This document shows, one piece after another, positions 56,772 through 64,000 of a DNA stretch of 64,000 nucleotides. The position numbers and the translations under genes are program-made. Position 1 is the stretch's first letter. Every line of letters starts with the position of its first letter. The stretch comes from an uncultured Clostridia bacterium (lineage in GTDB: Bacteria; Bacillota; Clostridia; Christensenellales; UBA1242): contig CALVNZ010000004.1 of assembly GCA_944350115.1 (NCBI GenBank), positions 2,116 to 66,115 of the forward strand, in the 5' to 3' direction. Under the pieces are notes generated by a model. That model was not told the DNA's origin, searched no databases, and worked only from the letters and a program-made list of their open reading frames with translations.

Positions 56772-59171
56772 TTATTTCACTTGATCTTCTTGTTGCTGTC
56801 GCTGTCTTTTCTTTTTCTTTTTGATTTTTCCTTGCAACATAAACACCACAAATAAAATCAAAATTGAGAAAGTCATAATTGCAAAGAAAGTTATGATCAC
56901 AACGAAAGAAAAATCAGTCATTGTGAAAAATTCAGGCATAATTAAACATGTCGCGACAAGCAAAACAAATGAAATGACAATAGTAACCGCTTTTAATTTT
57001 GTCATTGGGAAACATAGCCAAGCCAAATTCAAAAATCCCGTAAAAGTCAAAACTAAAGTGATGAGCGTGTTGTATTCCGTTGCAGAAAGAGTGTTGAAAT
57101 AATCTGAACCTAAAAATATGACAACAAACACATTCAAAAGCATTAGCGCTGATCGTGGAATCGATTTTTTCAAGACTTGTGGAATGAAGTTTCCTTTTAT
57201 TAATTCGGTGTTTGGTTGGAAAGTTAAAATAAACGAAGGAAGGCCAATCACAAACATTTCCAGCAAGAACATTTGCCGAGGTTGATATGGATAAGGCACA
57301 ACCATTATAATTGTTGCTAGACACATAATTAGTGTAAACAAAGTTTTCATCAAATAAAGAACAGATGAATTTTGAACATTGTTGACAACTTGTCTGCCTT
57401 CTTTTACAACACTTGGCAACGATGTGAAATTTGAATCCAAAAGCACAAGATGAGAAATATTTCTTGCAACTTCACTACCATCTGCCATAGCTATTGAGCA
57501 ATCTGCTTCTTTTAAGGCAAGTGTGTCGTTGACGCCATCCCCTGTCATCGCGACAACCTTCCCCTTCTTTTTCAAAGTTTTAATAATAACATATTTTTGC
57601 TCTGGGGAAACTCTGCCAAACACTGAAAATTCATCTGCGATTTTTTCAACTTCATCAAGTGACATGTTTTCCAAAGAGACATATCTGTCACTTCCTTCAA
57701 CGCCAACTCTTGATGCAATTTTTGAAACAGTCACAGGGTCATCTCCAGAAATTACTTTAATTTCAACATCGTTTTCTTTAAACCAACGAATTGTTTCAAC
57801 TGCATCATCTCTAATGTGATCTTCTAAAACAAACAACGCAAGAGTTTTGCTTGGAACAGCTCCAATTTTTTCATCAAATTGTGAAGAGCTTTCGGTCAAA
57901 GCTAAAACGCGATAACCTTCAGTTAGTTTTGATTTTAAAAGAGCGTTTTGCTCTGTTGAAAGTTGTGCTTTAACAAATGTCGGCGCACCTAAATAATAAG
58001 TCTTTCCATTTTTAAAAGATGTCACTGAAAATTTTCTAGCTGATGAAAATTCAATAACTTCTTTTGGTTTTAAATCGTGTTGTACGCCAAATTTTTTTAT
58101 TAAAGCAATTCCTGTTGCGTTGTTGCTTTGTTGTGCGCCTAAAATATTTGAAATAATTTTAGTTGTCTTTTTGGCAGATTTGGGATCTATAAAAATTGTT
58201 TCTACAACATTCATGGTTCCATCTGTTATTGTTCCAGTCTTATCCAAACACAAAACATTGCTTCTAGACAACATTTCAATTGAATAGATGTCTTTAACAA
58301 GAGTTTTCTTTCTTCCAAGTTTCACCACACCAACCGATAAACTGATGGTGATAAGCAAAAACATACCAGCCGGAATCATTCCAGTTAGTGCACCCGCAGT
58401 GTTCGTGACTGTCTCATTTATGCCATTGTTTAAAAAGAAAAATTCTTTTAAAAATGTTAAAACGCCTAATGGAATTAAAATTATGCCAATATATTTAATC
58501 AAGCTGTTTATATCTTTAAACAAGTTAGAAACTGGTGCTTTAAATTCTTTTGCTCTTGAAGCAATGGTTTGAATGTAGTTGTCTTTGCCGATTTTTTCAA
58601 CTCTGGCATAACATTTTCCTGAAACCAAAAAACTACCTGAAAGCAGTTCATCTCCAACAGTTTTTTTGATAGCATTTGACTCACCTGTCAAAAGACTTTC
58701 GTTGACTTCAATGTTTCCACTCAATATTTTGCAGTCTGACGGAACTTGATCGCCATTTGAAAGAATAATCACATCATCAAGCAAAATTTCTTCAACTTTA
58801 ACTTCAACTTCTTTGCCATCACGAATAGTTTTCACTTTTGGCAAAGTGACAAGCGACAGTTTTTCCACTGTCATCTTTGCTTTAATTTCTTGAATAATGG
58901 CGACAGATGTGTTGCAGAAAATAACCAATAAAAATAAAAGGTCAGCATAAGAACCAACGCATATTAAAGCAACGGCAATAATAAGCCAAATTAAATTAAA
59001 AAAAGTGCAAGTGTTTCGAACAAAAATAGAAAAATATGAGCGCGTTGATTTAACTTTTGATGTGTTAATCAAATTATGTTCTAAACGCTCATCAATTTGT
59101 TGTTGAGTTAGTCCCACCTCTTGCGAAGTTTCATATCGCACGAGTTGAAATTCCGATTGCTTTTTTTTCAT
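56772..59171 (-). CDS. Cation-transporting P-type ATPase (HAD-IC, P2-like)
   Basis: 799 aa. Motifs TGES (LTGESNAIKK), the phosphorylation site CLDKTGTITDG and the hinge MTGDGVNDTLALKEAD are present. It has 8-10 TM segments. Confidence 0.93.
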   Translation of the reverse strand: MKKKQSEFQLVRYETSQEVGLTQQQIDERLEHNLINTSKVKSTRSYFSIFVRNTCTFFNLIWLIIAVALICVGSYADLLFLLVIFCNTSVAIIQEIKAKMTVEKLSLVTLPKVKTIRDGKEVEVKVEEILLDDVIILSNGDQVPSDCKILSGNIEVNESLLTGESNAIKKTVGDELLSGSFLVSGKCYARVEKIGKDNYIQTIASRAKEFKAPVSNLFKDINSLIKYIGIILIPLGVLTFLKEFFFLNNGINETVTNTAGALTGMIPAGMFLLITISLSVGVVKLGRKKTLVKDIYSIEMLSRSNVLCLDKTGTITDGTMNVVETIFIDPKSAKKTTKIISNILGAQQSNNATGIALIKKFGVQHDLKPKEVIEFSSARKFSVTSFKNGKTYYLGAPTFVKAQLSTEQNALLKSKLTEGYRVLALTESSSQFDEKIGAVPSKTLALFVLEDHIRDDAVETIRWFKENDVEIKVISGDDPVTVSKIASRVGVEGSDRYVSLENMSLDEVEKIADEFSVFGRVSPEQKYVIIKTLKKKGKVVAMTGDGVNDTLALKEADCSIAMADGSEVARNISHLVLLDSNFTSLPSVVKEGRQVVNNVQNSSVLYLMKTLFTLIMCLATIIMVVPYPYQPRQMFLLEMFVIGLPSFILTFQPNTELIKGNFIPQVLKKSIPRSALMLLNVFVVIFLGSDYFNTLSATEYNTLITLVLTFTGFLNLAWLCFPMTKLKAVTIVISFVLLVATCLIMPEFFTMTDFSFVVIITFFAIMTFSILILFVVFMLQGKIKKKKKRQRQQQEDQVK

Positions 59172-59259
59172 TAATTTAAGAATACAAATAAAATCTTAAA
59201 AAGTCAAATAAAAAGCCTATTTCCTTGACAAAATATTTTCAATGAGTTAGAGTATTTTC

Positions 59260-60471
59260 ATGGAAAACAACATAAAACCAAGTCAAAATATGAAAGACCT
59301 CGCCAAACTGCTTGGTGGCGATCTTTTTATTGTGGGCGGTTTTTTAAGAAACAGACTTTTAGGACGAAAAAGCGAAGATGAAGATCTTTGCAGTCCTTTG
59401 ACTTTGGACGAGCTTGAAAAAAAACTTGAAAACAGCGAATTTTTCTTGAAATCAAAAAATAAAAATTTTGGCACTTGCAAGATTATATCCGGCACTAAAT
59501 CTTATGATTACGCAACATTTAGGAGAGAAACTTATAAAAAAGGTCATTGTCCAGAGGAAGTTGAATTTGTAAAAACCATAAAAGAAGATGTCCTTCGCCG
59601 TGATTTCACAATCAACAGCATTTATTATAACATCAAAACACAAGAAATTATTGATCCACTTGATGGCATTATTGATTTGGAACGAAAAAAAATTCGAGCT
59701 GTTTGCAACTCTACTTTAAACAACGATGGATTAAGAATTTTGCGAATGATTCGCCTCGCATGCGAATATGGTTTTTCAATTGACAAGGCCACTTATCAAT
59801 CCGCATTAAACAATTCTCACTTAATTGCAGACATATCTAAAAACAAAATTATTGAAGAAATAAAAAAATTGTTTAACAACACAGACAAAAAAGGCACATT
59901 AAAAGGTTTAAAACTTTACAATAAATTTGGAGTTTGGCAAAAAGTAGGATTAAATATTAAAAAAATCAAATTTAAAATGGTCGGCAAATGCGAAGACAAA
60001 ATTTATGGTCTGGCAATTGACATTGTTGACAGTGTTAAACCTGCAAGCGTTTCATATTTCTTAACGCACCTTTTTGAAGATGCAGGCTTAACAAAAAAGC
60101 CTTTATCACAACTAATTAACGTTTTATCAGGATATTATGACGCATTAAATCACACAAAAAACAAAGCATACTTTTTTAAATATTTTGAAAATTTTCCGCA
60201 AATAAGAAGTATTTTAAATAAAAAATCAAAATATTTAGCACAAAAATACAATTTCTTTTATAAATACATCATTTCTCATAAATTGGTGATAAGCGTTAAT
60301 GATTTAAAAATTGGCAAAAAAGATTTAAAAAAGAACTTCCCTTCTTTGCCTGAAAAAATGTATAATAAAGTTTTGCTTGAAGTTTTAAGTGAAGTGTTTG
60401 ATGGGAAATGCAACAACACACAAGAAGATTTGTTAAAATATATAAGAAAAAAACATTTTCACAACTTTTAA
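59260..60471 (+). CDS. cca: CCA tRNA nucleotidyltransferase
   Basis: 403 aa. Pol-beta head motifs VGGFLRNRLLG..EDEDL and RRDFTINSIYY are present. Confidence 0.85.
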   Translation: MENNIKPSQNMKDLAKLLGGDLFIVGGFLRNRLLGRKSEDEDLCSPLTLDELEKKLENSEFFLKSKNKNFGTCKIISGTKSYDYATFRRETYKKGHCPEEVEFVKTIKEDVLRRDFTINSIYYNIKTQEIIDPLDGIIDLERKKIRAVCNSTLNNDGLRILRMIRLACEYGFSIDKATYQSALNNSHLIADISKNKIIEEIKKLFNNTDKKGTLKGLKLYNKFGVWQKVGLNIKKIKFKMVGKCEDKIYGLAIDIVDSVKPASVSYFLTHLFEDAGLTKKPLSQLINVLSGYYDALNHTKNKAYFFKYFENFPQIRSILNKKSKYLAQKYNFFYKYIISHKLVISVNDLKIGKKDLKKNFPSLPEKMYNKVLLEVLSEVFDGKCNNTQEDLLKYIRKKHFHNF

Positions 60472-60503
60472 ATAATTTTTGTCACTCGTAACATAATAAG
60501 TCT

Positions 60504-62039
60504 ATGAGTGAAGAAAAAAACAAATTAAAAAAGAAAAAATGGTCTGGTTTATATTGGGGATTAGGAGCCGCACTTTTCGCAGTTTCGATTCTTTTGTTTT
60601 GTCAATTTTATTTTGTTGATAATGCCTCCCCCAATGACACATTTTTAAAAGGCACAATGATAAACGGAATCGATGTTTCAGGTATGACAAAAAATCAAGC
60701 TGAAAATGTTATTTCCTATTCTCTTCTTTCAACTCGTGCTGATATAAAATTAACGCTTTCTTATGCAGATAAGACTTGGACTTTCGCTGGAAGTGATTTT
60801 GAAGTCAAAGATGAAGTTGGGCCCGTTTTAACAGAAGTGATGAAAGTAGGTCATGAAGGAAATTTCTTACAAAGATATCGTGATCAAAACAAAATCAAAA
60901 AAGATGGGCTAACAGTTAATGTTTCTTATAAAACAGTGTTAGGTGGGCTTGATGAAAAAATAGACCAAATTGCAAGTGAAATAGAGTCGCCTGGCGAAGC
61001 GCCAGAAATTATTTTTGACCCAAATGCAGATCCAATGTTTTCTTTATCAGAAGGAAAACCTGCAATTGTAGTAGACCGTGGAAAACTTTTGCAACTTCTT
61101 GATGATGGGCTTGAACAAGAAAAAAATCTTTCCATCGAAATTCCAATAATAGAAATTCCTTATGAGGTTGATGAAGACGCACTTTTGTCTGCGATAACTA
61201 AACGCTCTTCATTTTCGACTAATTATTCTTCTTCCTCGGCTGAAAGAAAGAATAATGTCGCGTTGGCATTAAAAGCTTTTAACGGTCAAGTGTTCTTGCC
61301 AGAAGAAGAAGTCAGCTTCAACACAATCACAGGTTCACGAACATTAGAAAATGGCTATAAATCAGCAAACGTTATATTAAATGGTGCTTATGTTAAAGGC
61401 GTCGGCGGTGGCGTTTGCCAAGCTTCAACCACCCTTTACAATGCTTTAGTGCTCGCAGATATTGAAATATTGCAAGTCAACCACCATTCTATTCCTGCTA
61501 GTTATGTTCCATTGTCTTTCGATGCGATGGTGTCGGAAGGATACTCTGACCTCGTGTTTAAAAATTCATTAAATGCACCAATTTACATTAAAACTTATTC
61601 TGACGATGAAAATGTTTATGTTGAAATCTATGGCCCAAAATTTGATAATGACAAAACAATAAAAACACGCGCAGAATTTATTAAAGTCTTGCCACACTCT
61701 GGCGATAAAATAATTCAAGACACAACTGGCGAATACGCTGACAAAGTCATTTACAAAGGCGAATATTACAGGGTAAGATATCCAAGAGAAGGTTATGAAT
61801 CAAAAGGCTATGTTCAATATTACGAAGATGACGAACTAGTAAGTGAAAAAGAAATCAGACACGACAAATATCTGCCACAAGAAGGAATCATCGTTGAAGG
61901 AACTGCCGAACTTGGTGAAGGAATGACCTTGCCTGAAAATGATGTGGAATTTATACCACCACAAAAAGTGACTTCAACAACCACGGAAACCGTTCGTGCA
62001 AAAATAGAAAAAGAACGACCTTCGGCATACAATCCATAA
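60504..62039 (+). CDS. VanW family protein with a C-terminal G5-like domain
   Basis: 511 aa with an N-terminal TM. The VanW core is GGGVCQASTTLYNA...HHSIPASYVP. The C-terminus YKGEYYRVRYPREGYES...IVEGT resembles a G5 domain. Confidence 0.85.
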   Translation: MSEEKNKLKKKKWSGLYWGLGAALFAVSILLFCQFYFVDNASPNDTFLKGTMINGIDVSGMTKNQAENVISYSLLSTRADIKLTLSYADKTWTFAGSDFEVKDEVGPVLTEVMKVGHEGNFLQRYRDQNKIKKDGLTVNVSYKTVLGGLDEKIDQIASEIESPGEAPEIIFDPNADPMFSLSEGKPAIVVDRGKLLQLLDDGLEQEKNLSIEIPIIEIPYEVDEDALLSAITKRSSFSTNYSSSSAERKNNVALALKAFNGQVFLPEEEVSFNTITGSRTLENGYKSANVILNGAYVKGVGGGVCQASTTLYNALVLADIEILQVNHHSIPASYVPLSFDAMVSEGYSDLVFKNSLNAPIYIKTYSDDENVYVEIYGPKFDNDKTIKTRAEFIKVLPHSGDKIIQDTTGEYADKVIYKGEYYRVRYPREGYESKGYVQYYEDDELVSEKEIRHDKYLPQEGIIVEGTAELGEGMTLPENDVEFIPPQKVTSTTTETVRAKIEKERPSAYNP

Positions 62040-62065
62040 TAAAAAATGCGATTATGTTAACTATA

Positions 62066-62097
62066 AAAAAACGCTCGATAAAGAGCGTTTTTTATTT
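62066..62097. terminator. Bidirectional intrinsic terminator
   Basis: AAAAAAACGCTC-gataaa-GAGCGTTTTTT between convergent genes. Confidence 0.65.
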
Positions 62098-62103
62098 TAA
62101 TCG

Positions 62104-62745
62104 TTAGCTTTTAAATGATGAAATATTTTCATAAATATCATACATGTTTGCTTTTTGTGAAATTCTGACAACATAGTAAATTGAAGAAGTCGAATTGGTT
62201 TTGTAAGCAACGTAAATGTCAAGTGTTGCAAGATCATTTTGATCTGACAATGCAAAGTAAATTGAATTATATGTGATTGTCTGATTTTTGTTGAACACGC
62301 TGTAATAAACATCTCCGTTTGCATAAGTCAAAGTTTGATCGTCGATATATTTAAATTCAACATAATATCCAGAATTTATTTTTGACAATGCAGTTGAAAG
62401 CGTCATATTTTCTTTTTCATCTTCTATTGTATAGTCGCCCAAACGTCCACTAAAAAGTGCCACCAAATATGAAGAAGTGAAGCTTTGATCAAATTTTTCC
62501 ATAAAGTCTTCATATTTTTGTTGATCAGAAGAAAACTCTCCGTAAGTTGAAGATTGATTATAAATCACAATTCTGTCTGGCTGTCCAATAAATTTAGGTT
62601 TTAAATTTGTTGTTATGCAAGCAGCAACAACAATCAAAACAACCAAAACAAAAGCAACGCTCATTAAACACAACGCTGTAATTTTAGCAGTTTTCTTTCG
62701 TTTTAATGCCAGATTTTCGTCAAGAATTAAACTGTTTTTAGGCAT
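62104..62745 (-). CDS. Hypothetical membrane-anchored protein
   Basis: 213 aa with a single N-terminal TM. Its ATG overlaps the ftsH stop (TAATG). Confidence 0.55.
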   Translation of the reverse strand: MPKNSLILDENLALKRKKTAKITALCLMSVAFVLVVLIVVAACITTNLKPKFIGQPDRIVIYNQSSTYGEFSSDQQKYEDFMEKFDQSFTSSYLVALFSGRLGDYTIEDEKENMTLSTALSKINSGYYVEFKYIDDQTLTYANGDVYYSVFNKNQTITYNSIYFALSDQNDLATLDIYVAYKTNSTSSIYYVVRISQKANMYDIYENISSFKS

Positions 62746-64000
62746 TATTTATCTTCTCCCTCATCTTTCTTTTTTGTTGTTTTCTTTTGAGTTTTTGGCT
62801 TTTGCGTTTGTTGAGAAGATTTATCTTCTTTTTCAACTGTCTCTTCCGTCTTTTTTGTTGAGTTCACTCTCACTCTCTTTGGCTTTTTTTCTGCGTCTGT
62901 TTCAACTTTTTGTTCTTCTGGCTTTTCAACTTTTTCTGGTTGTTTTTCCAAACTTTTTACATAGTCGTTAAAATCTTTTACAATGATTTCATATTCTTCC
63001 GCAGTGATTATGCCATTTTCTAAAAGTTTTTTGCCTTCTTCAACCTTCATTTTATAATCATTGAGTTGTTTTTCCATTGCTTGTTTTTCACGCAATTTTC
63101 TTTCTTTTTCTTTTTGAGATTTTTCTTTTTTCTCCATTGCTTTTGCTACTTCACTTGCTTTCTTGCCTTCCATAATCCTGTTGACTTCGTCAGTGTAAAT
63201 AGTTTCTCGTTCCAAAAGCAATGTTGCCATTTCATTCAAAATATCCAAGTTGTCGGACAAAATCTTTTTAGCTCTTTGGTAATTAAACGACAATATTTGA
63301 CGAACTTCATCATCAGCTTCTGCTGCAAGTTTTTCAGAGAAATCATTTTTCATTTGATAATCTCTTCCAACAAAAATTTCTTGTTGAGATGAAAGTGACA
63401 TAAATCCAAGTTCTTTGCTCATACCCCAATCAAAAACCATCTTGTGTGCAACTTTTGAAGCATGTTGAATGTCGCTTGAAGCACCTGTTGTGATGTCGCC
63501 AAAAATCAATTCTTCGGCAATTCTTCCACCCATACTCATTGCAATGTCGTCCATTAGTTTTGAATAGAAAACAAAACTGTTGTCATCATCTGGACGTTGC
63601 ATTGTGTAACCACCGGCCATGCCTCTTGGAATAATTGAAACTTCTTGCACATTGTCGCAATGTTCAAGTTTTTTGCCCAAAATAGCATGCCCTGCTTCAT
63701 GATAAGCAGTGATTTTTCTGTCTTTTTCAGTCACCAAACGGCTCTTCTTTTGTGGCCCCATCAAAACTTTGTTAATTCCTTCGGTGATGTCTTTCATGTG
63801 AATTGTTGGTCTATTTGCTCTTGCAGCCAAAATAGCCGCTTCATTCAACATATTTTCAATATCAGCGCCAGTAAATCCTGTTGTCAATCGTGCAAGTGTT
63901 TTGAAATCAACTGATTCATCAAGAGGTTTATTTCTAGCATGAATTCTTAAAATCCCTTCTCTGCCTTTTACATCTGGGACATTGACATAAATCTGTCTGT
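62745..64000 (-). CDS. ftsH: ATP-dependent zinc metalloprotease FtsH (5' part outside window) with a long K/E-rich C-terminal extension
   Basis: The reading frame is open to nt 64000 (...RQIYVNVPDVKGREGILRIHARNKPLDESVDF...). The track M at 63887 is an internal TTG. The HEAGHAILG zinc motif is present, followed by a low-complexity tail of about 150 aa. Confidence 0.95.
   Translation of the reverse strand, partial: RQIYVNVPDVKGREGILRIHARNKPLDESVDFKTLARLTTGFTGADIENMLNEAAILAARANRPTIHMKDITEGINKVLMGPQKKSRLVTEKDRKITAYHEAGHAILGKKLEHCDNVQEVSIIPRGMAGGYTMQRPDDDNSFVFYSKLMDDIAMSMGGRIAEELIFGDITTGASSDIQHASKVAHKMVFDWGMSKELGFMSLSSQQEIFVGRDYQMKNDFSEKLAAEADDEVRQILSFNYQRAKKILSDNLDILNEMATLLLERETIYTDEVNRIMEGKKASEVAKAMEKKEKSQKEKERKLREKQAMEKQLNDYKMKVEEGKKLLENGIITAEEYEIIVKDFNDYVKSLEKQPEKVEKPEEQKVETDAEKKPKRVRVNSTKKTEETVEKEDKSSQQTQKPKTQKKTTKKKDEGEDK

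Overview
Visibly AT-rich, Firmicutes-like chromosomal segment. It is densely packed and almost entirely transcribed on the minus strand. Most of it is core housekeeping: tig-clpP-clpX, gap, rpiB, rsfS, yhbY, obg, nth, lysS, dnaG-sigA, trxB, rplM-rpsI, tsaD, prfB (with the classical +1 frameshift), alaS, truA, PFOR, tkt, holA-comEC, ogt, a P-type ATPase, cca and ftsH. There are three tRNA genes: Leu-AAG, Arg-CCU and Glu-CUC. The only clearly accessory block is the left end (1-7879). It holds an ER/archaeal-type SipW signal peptidase, four small TasA/camelysin-like secreted paralogues that share an (A/V)(Y/F)A signal-peptide end, and a 1486-aa modular surface protein with a glycoside-hydrolase-like C-terminal half. 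Other points worth a second look:
- a tRNA-Leu with an A34 (AAG) anticodon;
- a promoter-bearing duplicated 5' half of tRNA-Arg(CCU) 130 nt upstream of the intact gene, which looks like an att-type scar;
- a sharply GC-rich about 130-nt island with ambiguous coding potential at the 3' end of an ABC-2 transporter operon;
- a short AlaRS ending right after the editing domain;
- a ComEC whose metallo-beta-lactamase domain looks dead, next to a stand-alone intact MBL protein;
- a MazF toxin with a non-canonical upstream partner;
- an FtsH with a long K/E-rich tail carrying a SHOCT-like motif.
No CRISPR array, transposase, integrase or rRNA was seen. All calls come from reading the sequence and ORF translations by eye. 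No database search was run.
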